64,000 nucleotides of DNA from Corallococcus caeni (GCF_036245865.1 NZ_BTTW01000008.1:96396-160395); one strand, 5' to 3'. Shown: positions 10,524-20,603, counted from the stretch's first letter. Notes: generated by a model not told the origin, from the letters alone. Made by a program: numbers and translations.

Positions 10524-11201
10524 CTAATCCTGCTGGCGCTTCAGCCCCATGAGGCCACCCAGCACCGCGATGACGCCGCCGAGGATGCCCAGGAAGCAGC
10601 CGATGCTCGGCGACGAGTTCATCATCTCCGAGTTGCCGAGCGGCGACGGCACCAGCGTGGTGTCCGAGGAGAGCTTCAGGAACACCAGCGACCACACGAG
10701 CGTCACCACGCTGCAGACCATCTGCGCGCCCCACGGCAGCATGGGGTTCACCCAGGTCATCACCTGACGCGCGCGCAGGCCCACGAAGACCATGGTCGCG
10801 ATGGCGAAGAGGAAGGAGATGAACCCCAGGCTGATGAGGCCCAGGAAGTCGCCGTCCGCCGCCGTCTCCTTCCACGGGATGAAGCAGGAGAGCACCACCA
10901 GCGTCGCGCCCCAGAACGCGATGCGGTCGCCGCCCTCCAGCTCGCGCAGGAACGAGCGCGCGTCGTCCAGCAGGACCTCCGGATCATCGATGGGAGAGCG
11001 GGGAGACTCCAACTCGCGCGCCTCGCGGGACCACGGATCCGCCACGGCGTCGCCGGAGTCGTCCTCCTCCTCGATGGGCGCGGGGGCCGGGGCGCGGCGG
11101 GCGGCCGGTGCCCGTGCGGGAGCGGCCTTGGCTGCGCCGCTGCCCGCGCGCGACGGGGCACGCTGGGCCTTCTCCCGGGCGATGTCCTCCATGCTGCGCA
11201 C
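10524..11201 (-). CDS. Multi-pass membrane protein; a zinc-ribbon coding segment continues upstream in frame without a canonical start (see findings)
   Basis: Pro/Ala-rich linker and four predicted TM helices. The in-frame upstream sequence encodes CPGCNRKVADDTAICPNCDY with very high GC3, so the true N-terminus probably lies upstream of the GTG at 11201. Confidence 0.6.
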   Translation of the reverse strand: MRSMEDIAREKAQRAPSRAGSGAAKAAPARAPAARRAPAPAPIEEEDDSGDAVADPWSREARELESPRSPIDDPEVLLDDARSFLRELEGGDRIAFWGATLVVLSCFIPWKETAADGDFLGLISLGFISFLFAIATMVFVGLRARQVMTWVNPMLPWGAQMVCSVVTLVWSLVFLKLSSDTTLVPSPLGNSEMMNSSPSIGCFLGILGGVIAVLGGLMGLKRQQD

Positions 11202-11590
11202 GTTGGTGGCGTCGTCGCTCGGAGGAGGCGCGGCGGGACGGGGGCCCGTCTTGGCGCGGGCCGGGGCAGGGCGCGCACGGGGCTCCGGCGCGGCGCGGGC
11301 CGCGGGCGGACGCGAGCGCGGCGGAGGTCCGACCCCGGTGCTCTCGTCATCGCCGGAGTCCCCCTCGTCCCCGGCTCCCCCAAGGAAGGACTGATCGATG
11401 ATGTAGTCGCAGTTGGGGCAGATGGCGGTGTCGTCCGCGACCTTGCGATTGCAGCCTGGGCAGTTCAGGGCCGGTGCTCCGGGAGGGGGGAAACGGCGCG
11501 ATATCTTCCCGGCCCCGGCGCGCGGCTGTCAAACCTGTTCAGCGCCATAACCCCTGGATTTTCGCGGGGAATTGACCTAGCCCCGCTGCC

Positions 11591-13723
11591 ATGGCCCGCC
11601 TGCCCGCCGCAGTGTCCGCCGGATTCCTCCTCGTGAGCGCCTGTGCCCACACGGTGCCGCCGCCCGCTCCGCCGCCGCCGGAGACGCCTGCCCAGGTGAT
11701 GGCGCGCATCCAGGATTGGGAGGACCGCCGCTCGCTGGGAGGCGGTGAGCTCGTGCGGCTCGCCACCGCCGCGCCGGAGGTGAGCGTGCGCATGCGTGCC
11801 CTGCGTGCCCTGGCGCGCATCCAGGACGTGGAGACGCTGGAGGCCGTCGTCGCCGAGCTGACGGCGCCGGACAAGGCCGTGCGCGACGAGGCCGCCTTCG
11901 CCGCGGGCGAGCTGGCGCAGTCGTGGGAGCCGCTGCCGGAGGACGCTCGGACGGCGCTGACCGCCGCGCTGCTACGCGCCGAGGCCGCGGAAGCGGATGG
12001 CGATGTGCGCATCACGCTGCTGGAGGCGTTGGGCAAGCTGGCCACGCCTGGCGCGGTGGAGGTGCTGACGGCCCGGCTTTCTCCCGCCGAAGGCCCGTGG
12101 TCCGAGGCCGCGGCGACGGCGCTGGGCGTGGCGGCGCGCAAGGCCGGCGCGGCGGCGGTGGCGAACGTTCCGCTGGAGGCGATCCGCGCGCTGTTGAAGC
12201 CCCGTGAGCGGATCGAGGTGAACCTCGCCGGGGCGTACCTCCTGGCGGCGTCGAAGCGGCCGGACGCCGTGGAGGCGCTGCGCGCGTGTCTGTCCAACGC
12301 CCATCCGGATGTGATGGCCCTCTGCGTGAAGGGCCTGGGCGACGTGGGCAGCCCCAGCGACACGCTGGGGCTGAACCTGATGCTGGGGGACGCCACGCCG
12401 CGCGTGTCGGCGGAGGCGGCGCGGGCGCTGGCGAAGCTCGCGGTGAAGTGCGCGCCCGGCGCGTCCTGCGCTCCGCTCCTGGCCCTGGAAGGCCAGGCGC
12501 ACCTGGCGAAGCGGGTCGCGGAAGGGAAGGCGGCGCAGGGCCATGCGTTGCTGGCGGTGGCGCAGCAGGGCCTTCCGCTCCAGGGCCGTCCGGTGTTGTC
12601 GCGCCTGAGGAAGGCCCTCGCGGAAGCCGACCGCACCGCCGTGTCCGACGAAGCGCACGCGGACCTCGCCTGGCTGGACTGCCGGTTCGCGGCGGCGATG
12701 GACCGGCAGCAGGGCTCGTTGGAGCAGGTATTCCAGTGCGGCTACGGCCGCGTGCCCGAAGCCCGATGGCTCGCCCTCGGACTCCATGAAGTGGCCCAGT
12801 TCAAGGGAGCGCCCACCACGGCATCGAAGCCGGGCGAGGCCAGCCCCGCGGTGCCTGGCGCGGCGTTCGCGGTGCCCTACCTGAACCACGCCAGTCCCCT
12901 CGTGCGTGGCGCCGCGCTGGACGCCCTCTCCGAGCGCCCCGTCCCCGAAGCGATGGCGCCCGTGCGCGCGCTCATCGGGGGAGGCGACGCGGTGGTGGCG
13001 GGGCTCGCCGCGGCCACCGCTGGCAAGTTGAAGGACGCCGCGGCGCTGCCCGCATTGGAGGCCCTGGCCGAGCGCGTTCCCAAGGAGCCGGACCTGGCGG
13101 AGGCGGTGGCCGGCGCGCTCGTCGCGTTGCAGGGCCGCGCGGCGGAGCCACGCCTGCGCGAATGGCTGACCCATCCGCACGTCAACGTGCGCCGGGTCGC
13201 GGCCGAGTCCCTCACCACGCTCACCGGCACGCCCGTCCGCTCCGCGCGCGTGGAGCTGCCCGCGGACACCTACCGTCCGCCGGCCGCGCCCGCGGGGACG
13301 ACGCTCACGCTGCGCACGCGCAAGGGCGACATCACCGTCCTGTTGGATCCGGACGCGCCGCTCACGGGCGGCAACCTGGTGGCGCTCGCGAAGCAGGGCT
13401 ACTTCCGGGGCATCACCTTCCACCGCGTGGTGCCGGACTTCGTCGCGCAGGGCGGAGACCCGCGCGGAGACGGGGAGGGCGGTCCCGGGCACTCCATCCG
13501 CTGTGAGATGACGCGCCGGCCGTATGCACGGGGCACGGTGGGGATGGCGCTGTCGGGCAAGGACACCGGCGGCAGCCAGTTCTTCTTCACCCACTCACCG
13601 CAGCCGCACCTGGACGGCCGCTACACGGCCTTCGGCGAAGTCGTCAGCGGCATGGACGTCGTGGACGCGCTGCTGGAGGGCACGGTCATCGACGACGTCG
13701 TCGTCGGAACCCGCGCCCCCTGA
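11591..13723 (+). CDS. Lipoprotein with HEAT/ARM-like repeats fused to a C-terminal cyclophilin-type peptidyl-prolyl isomerase domain
   Basis: Lipobox LLVSAC. C-terminal cyclophilin motifs (FHRVVPDFVAQGGDP, GMALSGKDTGGSQFFF). Confidence 0.8.
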   Translation: MARLPAAVSAGFLLVSACAHTVPPPAPPPPETPAQVMARIQDWEDRRSLGGGELVRLATAAPEVSVRMRALRALARIQDVETLEAVVAELTAPDKAVRDEAAFAAGELAQSWEPLPEDARTALTAALLRAEAAEADGDVRITLLEALGKLATPGAVEVLTARLSPAEGPWSEAAATALGVAARKAGAAAVANVPLEAIRALLKPRERIEVNLAGAYLLAASKRPDAVEALRACLSNAHPDVMALCVKGLGDVGSPSDTLGLNLMLGDATPRVSAEAARALAKLAVKCAPGASCAPLLALEGQAHLAKRVAEGKAAQGHALLAVAQQGLPLQGRPVLSRLRKALAEADRTAVSDEAHADLAWLDCRFAAAMDRQQGSLEQVFQCGYGRVPEARWLALGLHEVAQFKGAPTTASKPGEASPAVPGAAFAVPYLNHASPLVRGAALDALSERPVPEAMAPVRALIGGGDAVVAGLAAATAGKLKDAAALPALEALAERVPKEPDLAEAVAGALVALQGRAAEPRLREWLTHPHVNVRRVAAESLTTLTGTPVRSARVELPADTYRPPAAPAGTTLTLRTRKGDITVLLDPDAPLTGGNLVALAKQGYFRGITFHRVVPDFVAQGGDPRGDGEGGPGHSIRCEMTRRPYARGTVGMALSGKDTGGSQFFFTHSPQPHLDGRYTAFGEVVSGMDVVDALLEGTVIDDVVVGTRAP

Positions 13724-13740
13724 AAAAGCCCCCTCGCGCG

Positions 13741-14862
13741 TCAGGCCCCGGCGGCGCGCGCGGGCATCGGCTCGCCCTGGGCGTTGAGCTTGCCGCCCGT
13801 CCAGCGGTGGGTCTCCGCTTCTTCCATCAGCTCCACCTCGCGGCGGATGCGGGCCCACTCGGTCTCCGGCAGGCCGAGGAACGCCTCCGCGAGCGCCGGA
13901 TCGAACTGCGTGCCCGCGCAGCGGCGGACCTCGTCGCGCGCCACGCTCATGGGGCGCCCCTTGCGATAGGGCCGGTCGGAGGTGATGGCGTCCAGCGTGT
14001 CCACGAGACAGAAGATGCGCGCGCCGACGACGATCTCCTCGCCCTTGAGCCCCAGCGGATAGCCCTTGCCGTCCCAGCGCTCCTGGTGCTGCAGGACGAT
14101 GAGCGCCGCCTCGTGCAGGTAGGGCATCTTCGCCATCATCCGGTAGCCGAACTCCGGGTGCTGCTTCATCTCCACCCACTCATCCGGCGTGAGGGGCCCG
14201 GGCTTGAGCAGGATGGAGTCCCGGACTCCAATCTTCCCGATGTCGTGCAAGAGCGCGCCCTGTTCCACCACGTCCAGCGCCGGCCCGCTGAGGCCAATCT
14301 CCTGCGCCAGCCGCCGCGCGTACAGCGACACGCGACGCGAGTGCCACTGCGTCTCCGTGTCCCGGTAGTCCAGCGCGCTGATGAGCCCGTCCAGAAGCCC
14401 CGTCGTGCGCTCGACGACCCGGCGCTCCAGGTCCATGTTGATGGCCAAGAGCTCCGCGTTCTTGTCCGCGACCTCGCGCGTCAGCCGCTCGTTGGCCGCC
14501 ACCAGCCGGTGGTGCTCGAAGGCCTGCCGGATGCTGCTCGTCAGCTCGCTCAGGGCCCACGGCTTGCCCAGCAGCCGGAAGACCTCGCCCCGGTTCACCG
14601 CCTCCGACGCGACCTTGAAGTCCGCCGCCGCCGTCAACATCAATCGCACCGCGCGCGGGTTCTTCTCCCGCAGCGCCGACAACAGCTCGATGCCGTTGAG
14701 GTACGGCATCATGAAGTCCGTCAGGACGACGTCGAATCCCTGCTCCCGCGACGCCACCACCGGATCGCTGTGCATCACGACCTCGTAACCCTCCGCCTGG
14801 AGGATCCGGGACAGCGCCGCGAGGATGAGCACGTCGTCGTCCACCACGAGGATTCGGGCCAT
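13741..14862 (-). CDS. Response regulator with an HD-GYP phosphodiesterase output domain (RpfG-like)
   Basis: REC domain (ILVVDDD...D), then an HD-GYP domain (HDIGK, GKGYP). Confidence 0.85.
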   Translation of the reverse strand: MARILVVDDDVLILAALSRILQAEGYEVVMHSDPVVASREQGFDVVLTDFMMPYLNGIELLSALREKNPRAVRLMLTAAADFKVASEAVNRGEVFRLLGKPWALSELTSSIRQAFEHHRLVAANERLTREVADKNAELLAINMDLERRVVERTTGLLDGLISALDYRDTETQWHSRRVSLYARRLAQEIGLSGPALDVVEQGALLHDIGKIGVRDSILLKPGPLTPDEWVEMKQHPEFGYRMMAKMPYLHEAALIVLQHQERWDGKGYPLGLKGEEIVVGARIFCLVDTLDAITSDRPYRKGRPMSVARDEVRRCAGTQFDPALAEAFLGLPETEWARIRREVELMEEAETHRWTGGKLNAQGEPMPARAAGA

Positions 14863-15109
14863 GGGCTGATACGCTCCGAGCGAGTGGGCTGCGTCTTTTC
14901 TCAGAGTCTTATAGCCGGTCCAGGAGCGGCCAAACAGGCCCCCCCAAGCTTTCCAGTGCCGCTAAACTGCCGGAATCCTTGAAGTTTCGCTCAACCCGGA
15001 GGTCGCTGGACTCCACGTCCTGCTTGCCTGCCTGTCGAGCCGTGTTCTATGGTGGCCGCCTACCCGTCGTAAATGGCTGTAACCCCTTGGAATTCGGGAG
15101 CAATCTCCG

Positions 15110-16111
15110 ATGGCTAGAGCCCCTGATGGGCCGGTGCCGGTGGTGGTGATGGGGCTGGGGTTCATCGGGCAGGAGATTGCCAGGGCGGCCCTGTCATCCC
15201 CCGAAGTGGAGCTGATGGGCGCGGTGGACTCGCAGCCCTCCCTGGTGGGCCGTCCCCTGGGCGACGTGCTGGGGCTGGCCGGGCCGCGCTTCAAGGTCGC
15301 GGACACGCTGGAGCGCGCCGTGGGGCGCCGCAAGGGCGTGGTGGTGCTGCACGCCACCAGCTCCCGGCTGTCGCAGGTGATGGATCAGCTGCTGGACGCG
15401 CTGAAGCTGGGGCTGCCCGTGGCCAGCACCTGCGAGGAGCTGGCGTTCCCGCACCTCAAGTACCCGGAGCTGGCGGAGAAGCTGGAGCGCGCCGCGCAGA
15501 AGGCGGGCGTCGCCATCGTGGGCACGGGCGTGAACCCCGGCTTCGTGCTGGACCGGCTGGTGGCCACCGCCGGGCAGGTGTGCGGCCCCGTGCGCAAGGT
15601 GACGGCCAGCCGGGTGGTGGACGCCCGGACGCGCCGTGAAGCCCTGCAGCGCAAGGTGGGCGCGGGCCTGACGGAGGAGGAGTTCTTCGACCTGGTGGAC
15701 CGCGAGGAGCTGGGCCACGTGGGGCTGGTGGAGTCCGCGGCGCTGGCGGCGCTGGGGCTGGGGCTGGACTGCGACGACTTCGAGGAGGAGGTCGCGCCCG
15801 TCTTCGCCGAGGAGGAGATCACCGGCGGCGCATTTGTCGTGAAGAAAGGCCGCGTCGCGGGCATGTTCCAGTCCGTGGTGGGTTTGGAGGAGGGGCAGGA
15901 GCGGGTCCGCCTGGAGCTGACCATCGCGGTAGGGGCGGACAACCCACGGGATCGCATCGAGATCGACGCGGACCCCAGGCTGGTGCTGGAAATACCGGGG
16001 GGAGTGGCGGGTGACCGGGCCACCGCGAACGCGCTGGTGAATGCCGCGCCACGTTTGACGGCCGCGGAGGCAGGGCTCCTGACGGTGCTCGAGCTTCCGG
16101 CAGGCCGCTGA
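15110..16111 (+). CDS. DapB-like NAD(P)-binding oxidoreductase (dihydrodipicolinate-reductase / amine-dehydrogenase family)
   Basis: N-terminal Rossmann motif VVVMGLGFIGQ. The overall length and layout are typical of the DapB-like family. Confidence 0.55.
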   Translation: MARAPDGPVPVVVMGLGFIGQEIARAALSSPEVELMGAVDSQPSLVGRPLGDVLGLAGPRFKVADTLERAVGRRKGVVVLHATSSRLSQVMDQLLDALKLGLPVASTCEELAFPHLKYPELAEKLERAAQKAGVAIVGTGVNPGFVLDRLVATAGQVCGPVRKVTASRVVDARTRREALQRKVGAGLTEEEFFDLVDREELGHVGLVESAALAALGLGLDCDDFEEEVAPVFAEEEITGGAFVVKKGRVAGMFQSVVGLEEGQERVRLELTIAVGADNPRDRIEIDADPRLVLEIPGGVAGDRATANALVNAAPRLTAAEAGLLTVLELPAGR

Positions 16112-16131
16112 AGGATCATCAGGAGAGGGAA

Positions 16132-16581
16132 ATGCTGGACAAGAACGCGATTGGCCGCGCCTCGCCGCCGACGCTCAACGAGGTGGAGAAGGGCGCCATC
16201 CGGCGCTTCGCCGAGGCGATTGGCGACTACAATCCCATCTACTACGACGAGGAGTACGCCCGTGCTTCGGGCTACCCCACCATCGTCGCGCCGCCCACGT
16301 TCCCCGCGTCGTTCCATTCCGCCGCGGACCTCCGGGAACTCCTGGGGGTGGGCATCAAGAGCCTGCTGCACGCCGAACAGGGCTTCGACTACGAGCGGCC
16401 CATCTTCGCGGGGGACCGCATCTACGTGTCCACCCGCGTGTCGGACGTCTTCGAGCGGCCGGGCATGTCCGGCAAGATGGACATCGCGGTCATCGAGGAC
16501 GAAGGCCGGGACGAAGAGGGCAACCTCGTCTTCCGCGCCCGCCGGACCCTCGTGGTGCGTGCCGCCAAGGAGAACGCCTGA
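16132..16581 (+). CDS. Hot-dog fold MaoC-like dehydratase subunit (HadA-like)
   Basis: MaoC N-terminal-type sequence. Its stop overlaps the next gene's start (ATGA). Confidence 0.6.
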   Translation: MLDKNAIGRASPPTLNEVEKGAIRRFAEAIGDYNPIYYDEEYARASGYPTIVAPPTFPASFHSAADLRELLGVGIKSLLHAEQGFDYERPIFAGDRIYVSTRVSDVFERPGMSGKMDIAVIEDEGRDEEGNLVFRARRTLVVRAAKENA

Positions 16582-17279
16582 TGCCCGCGCGCAAGCTCTA
16601 CTTCGAATCCATCCGCGTCGGTGACGAGCTGCCGGCGCTGGCCAAGGCCCCGGTGGACCGCGTCCAGCTGTCGCGCTACGCGGGCGCCTCCGGCGACTAC
16701 AACCCCGTGCACGTGGACGAGCTCTACGCCAAGAGCGTGGGCATGCCGTCCGTCTACGCCCCGGGCATGCTCGTCATGGGCATGCTCGGTCAGCTCATCA
16801 GCGACTGGGCGCGCGGCGGGCAGCTGCGGCGCTACAACGTCCGCTTCATCAAGATGGTGTGGCCGGGCGACACCGTGGTCTGCAAGGGCCGCGTGAGCGA
16901 CCGCCACGGCTCCGGCGGCCGGTACTTCGTCGAGATCGACCTCTGGGCGGAGAACCAGAAGGGCGAACTCGTCATGAAGGGCGGCTCGCAGATCCAGCTC
17001 TTCTACTCGCTGGAGGACGAGAACCGGCAGCGCTCCGGCCAGTCCCCCATCGTGGTGGAGGTCCCCCGCGAGAGCCTGGTCGTCCCGGCCCCCGCCACCC
17101 CGGACGCCGCCGCGAGCGCCCCGCCGGCCGCCCCCGAGCGGGACCGCGACGAGGACGAGGAGGACGACGAGGAGGCGGACGAGCCCCGCACCGGTGCCTC
17201 GTCCAAGAAGACCGCCCCCCGGGAGAAGCCCGCCGCGAAGACGGCGTCCCTCCCGGCCGCGAAGAAGGCCAAGAAGTAG
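16581..17279 (+). CDS. Hot-dog fold MaoC-like (R)-hydratase/dehydratase subunit (HadB-like) with a Lys/Ala-rich C-terminal tail
   Basis: MaoC motif (YAGASGDYNPVHVD), then an acidic run and a KKAKK tail. Confidence 0.65.
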   Translation: MPARKLYFESIRVGDELPALAKAPVDRVQLSRYAGASGDYNPVHVDELYAKSVGMPSVYAPGMLVMGMLGQLISDWARGGQLRRYNVRFIKMVWPGDTVVCKGRVSDRHGSGGRYFVEIDLWAENQKGELVMKGGSQIQLFYSLEDENRQRSGQSPIVVEVPRESLVVPAPATPDAAASAPPAAPERDRDEDEEDDEEADEPRTGASSKKTAPREKPAAKTASLPAAKKAKK

Positions 17280-17467
17280 GCGTTCCCGGACGAAATCCCG
17301 CGTTCGAGCAGGGCAGCTTTCGACTGCTGCTCAACGCGGGGTGTCATCTTGGGTTGACTCAAAAATCAGTCGACGCCACACTTCCTGCGTCACATGGGCC
17401 GCTGACCCTTACTTTTTCCCGCCCTGCGGGAAGCAGGCAGGCAGCGAGCCCCTACGCAGGAGTGGCC

Positions 17468-19312
17468 ATGTCCGCCGGCATCAACACCTACAAGACCGAC
17501 CTTCGAGAGATCTTCTTCACGCTGTTCGAGCAGTTCGGCTTCGGCCAGGTGGCGGGCCAGGCTCCTTATGACGCCTGGGGGCCGGACGAGGCGAAGGCGG
17601 TCCTCACGGAGACGTACCGCTTCGCGCGCGAGGTGCTGGGGCCCCTCAACTCGGTGGGTGACCGCGAGGGCTGCCGGGTGGAGAACGGCGCCGTCTTCAC
17701 GCCCAAGGGCTTCAAGGACGCGTGGAACAAGCTCTACGAGCAGGGCTTCAAGACGGTGGCGGTGAGCCCCGACCACGGCGGCCAGGGCGCGCCGATGATG
17801 CTCCAGGTGACGGTGGAGGAGATCCTCTCCGGCGCCAACACGGCCTTCAACATGTACCCGGGCCTCGCCTTCGGCGCGGCGGAGGTCATCGCGGAGTGCG
17901 GCACGCCCGCGCAGCAGAAGCAGTTCGTGGAGCGCATGCTCAACGGCACGTGGGGCGGCACCATGTGCCTCACGGAGCCGCACGCCGGCTCCGACGTGGG
18001 CGCGGCCAAGTCCACCGCGCGCCGCAACGCGGACGGCACGTACAACATCCGGGGCACGAAGATCTTCATCTCCGGCGGCGACCACGACATGGCCGGCAAC
18101 ATCATCCACCTGGTGCTCGCGCGCATTGACGGCGCGCCGGTGGGCACCAAGGGCCTGTCGCTGTTCATCGTCCCCAAGCTGCGCATCAACGCGGACGGCT
18201 CCGCGGGCCAGCCCAACGACGTCACCGTGGCGTCCATCGAGCACAAGATGGGCATCAACGGCTCCGCCACGTGTGTCCTCAACTTCGGTGAGAACGACGG
18301 CTGTCTGGGCGAGCTCGTGGGCACCGTCGAGCACGTGGGCATGAGCCAGATGTTCAAGATGATGAACGGCGCGCGCATCGCCGTGGGCATCCAGGGCGTG
18401 AGCCTGGCGTCGGCCGCGTACTACAACGCGCTCGACTACGCGAAGGACCGCAAGCAGGGCTCCCACTTCACCAAGTGGAAGGACCCGGCCGCGCCGCGCG
18501 CCGCCATCCTCGAGCACCCGGACGTCCGCCGCATGCTGCTGGACATCAAGGCGCACGTCGAAGGCATCCGCGCGCTGATCATCAAGCTGGCCATGCACCT
18601 GGACAAGGCGAAGCAGCTGGCGGGCAAGGACGACGACGCGGCCAGCTACCACAAGGGCCAGGTGGAGGTGCTGACCCCGCTGGTGAAGTCCTACGGCTCC
18701 GACCAGGCCTTCCGCCTCTGCGCGCAGGCCATCCAGGTGTACGGCGGCGCCGGCTACATCCAGGACTACCCGGTGGAGCAGTACACGCGCGACTCGAAGA
18801 TCTTCTCCATCTACGAGGGCACCAACCACATCCAGGCCATGGACCTGGTCGGCCGCAAGATGGGCCAGGCGGGCGGCGCGCACTTCCAGCAGTTCATGGG
18901 CGACGTGGGCAGCTTCGTGGAAGCGCACCGCGAGCACCCGGTGCTGGGCGAGGCCGTGAAGACGCTGGCCGGCGCGCAGGAAGGCCTGATGTCCAGCGCG
19001 ATGGCGCTGTTCGGCTGGTCGCAGGACGCGGGCCGCTTCCCGCTCATCCCGCTGTCCGCCAACCGCTTCCTCAACATGATGTCGGAGGTCGCCGTGGGCT
19101 GGCTGCTGCTGGACGCGGCCGTCATCGCGGAGAAGGCCGCCGCCAGCGTGAGCGCGGACCACCCGGACAAGGCGTTCTACGAGGGCAAGAAGTTCAGCGC
19201 CCTCTGGTACGCGCGCAACGTGCTGCCCAACGTGGAGTACGCCGCGCGCCTCATCGCCACCGAGGACACGTCCCCCATGGACATCACCGACGCGGCGTTC
19301 GGCGGCGTCTGA
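17468..19312 (+). CDS. Long-type acyl-CoA dehydrogenase
   Basis: ACAD N, middle and C-terminal blocks (GGTMCLTEPHAGSD, IYEGTNHIQ). ATG at 17468 is in frame with the track ORF. Confidence 0.85.
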   Translation: MSAGINTYKTDLREIFFTLFEQFGFGQVAGQAPYDAWGPDEAKAVLTETYRFAREVLGPLNSVGDREGCRVENGAVFTPKGFKDAWNKLYEQGFKTVAVSPDHGGQGAPMMLQVTVEEILSGANTAFNMYPGLAFGAAEVIAECGTPAQQKQFVERMLNGTWGGTMCLTEPHAGSDVGAAKSTARRNADGTYNIRGTKIFISGGDHDMAGNIIHLVLARIDGAPVGTKGLSLFIVPKLRINADGSAGQPNDVTVASIEHKMGINGSATCVLNFGENDGCLGELVGTVEHVGMSQMFKMMNGARIAVGIQGVSLASAAYYNALDYAKDRKQGSHFTKWKDPAAPRAAILEHPDVRRMLLDIKAHVEGIRALIIKLAMHLDKAKQLAGKDDDAASYHKGQVEVLTPLVKSYGSDQAFRLCAQAIQVYGGAGYIQDYPVEQYTRDSKIFSIYEGTNHIQAMDLVGRKMGQAGGAHFQQFMGDVGSFVEAHREHPVLGEAVKTLAGAQEGLMSSAMALFGWSQDAGRFPLIPLSANRFLNMMSEVAVGWLLLDAAVIAEKAAASVSADHPDKAFYEGKKFSALWYARNVLPNVEYAARLIATEDTSPMDITDAAFGGV

Positions 19313-19338
19313 AGCCCGGCGTGAAGTCCTGAAATGAA

Positions 19339-19380
19339 GAAGGCCCTCCGGCATGCGTGCCGGGGGGCCTTCTGCTTTTC
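19339..19380. terminator. Bidirectional intrinsic terminator between the convergent acyl-CoA dehydrogenase and exbD genes
   Basis: GC-rich 15-bp stem with one mismatch (GAAGGCCCTCCGGCA / TGCCGGGGGGCCTTC), flanked by T-rich tracts on both strands. Confidence 0.55.
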
Positions 19381-19388
19381 TTCCGCGC

Positions 19389-19844
19389 CTAGTTGCCTTC
19401 GCGCACGCCGATGGCGAGCTGCGCGAGGCCGGCCTTCTTCGCCAGCTCCATCACCTGCACCACGGTGCCGTGGGAGACGCCTTCGTCCGCCTGCACGATG
19501 ACCACGGTGTCGGGGTTCTGGTTCTTCGCGGTCTCGAAGGCCTGCTTCAATTCGGCCTCCGCGACGACGTTGCCCGCGAGCATGAAGCGGCCGTCCGCCA
19601 GCACCGCCACGGACAGGTCCGTGGTGCGCGCGGTGACGTCCGCGGCGCCGCCCTTGGGCAGGTTCACCTTGAGGCCCGCCTTGGCGCCGCCCCCCGGGCC
19701 CTGCTGGGTGATGACCGAGCTGGTCACCATGAAGATGATGAGCAGCACGAGCATCACGTCCGTCAGCGGCGTGATGTTGATCTCCGCGAAGCCCGCGCCC
19801 TCCAGCTCGTCGTCGCCCGAGCCGGGCGTCTTTCCCATGGCCAT
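19389..19844 (-). CDS. ExbD/TolR-family biopolymer transport protein
   Basis: Single N-terminal TM helix and a conserved ExbD periplasmic domain. Confidence 0.8.
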   Translation of the reverse strand: MAMGKTPGSGDDELEGAGFAEINITPLTDVMLVLLIIFMVTSSVITQQGPGGGAKAGLKVNLPKGGAADVTARTTDLSVAVLADGRFMLAGNVVAEAELKQAFETAKNQNPDTVVIVQADEGVSHGTVVQVMELAKKAGLAQLAIGVREGN

Positions 19845-19859
19845 GGTGGGCGTCTCTCC

Positions 19860-20588
19860 TTACGAGGCGGGCTGCGGATCCGGCCGCGGGGCCGGGGGCG
19901 TGGCGCTCTCGCGCGAGGGCGTGGCTTCCGGCAGGGGCCCGCCGGCGGCGCGCTCCTTGAGGGTCTCCACGAACTCGTCGCCCAGGAGGCGCAGCTCCAC
20001 CAGCACCCGGGACAGCCGGGCCTGGAAGTAGTTGTAGAAGACCATCGCCTGCACGGCGACGAGGATGCCCACGGCGGTGGCGACGAGCGCTTCCGAGATG
20101 CCCGTCATCACGGCCGCGGAGCCGCCGGTGCCGCCGGCCTCCACGTCCACGCCCAGGTCCTTGAACGAGCGCATGATGCCGGCCACGGTGCCGAAGAGGC
20201 CCACGAAGGGCGTCGTCGAACCGATGGTGGCGAGCAGCCACAGGTTGCGCCGCAGCTTCAAACCCACCTGGGCGCGCTCGCGCTCCACGGCGGACTCGAT
20301 GCCGTTGCCCCCGGTGGAGCGGGAGCGCTCCCAGCGGTCGAAGCCGGCGAGGAAGATGTCGGCCGCCACGGCGTCGGAGCGCTCGGCGGCGGTGCGGGCG
20401 GCGGCCACGTCCCCCCGGAGGAGGTGCTTCTGGACGATCTCCCCCAGGTTGCGGGAGCGCTCGCTCACGCCCCAGAGGGCGATGAGCCGCTCGATGGCCA
20501 CGCCCAGGGCCACCACGGAGGCGCCCAGGAGGAGGGCGAGGGTGACGCCGCCCAGGCGAAGGTAATGAAGTAGATCGTTCAGGCTCAT
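19860..20588 (-). CDS. MotA/TolQ/ExbB-family proton channel
   Basis: Three TM helices and the conserved TolQ C-terminal region (LATIGSTTPFVGLFGTVAGIM). Confidence 0.8.
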   Translation of the reverse strand: MSLNDLLHYLRLGGVTLALLLGASVVALGVAIERLIALWGVSERSRNLGEIVQKHLLRGDVAAARTAAERSDAVAADIFLAGFDRWERSRSTGGNGIESAVERERAQVGLKLRRNLWLLATIGSTTPFVGLFGTVAGIMRSFKDLGVDVEAGGTGGSAAVMTGISEALVATAVGILVAVQAMVFYNYFQARLSRVLVELRLLGDEFVETLKERAAGGPLPEATPSRESATPPAPRPDPQPAS

Positions 20589-20603
20589 GATGGATGACCG
20601 GGC

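Noticed and set aside
11539-13594. Minus-strand ORFs of 365 and 540 aa
   Set aside because: They are antisense to the HEAT-repeat/cyclophilin gene and have Arg/Ala/Gly-dominated artefact composition.
17390-19354. 654-aa minus-strand ORF
   Set aside because: It is antisense to the acyl-CoA dehydrogenase gene.
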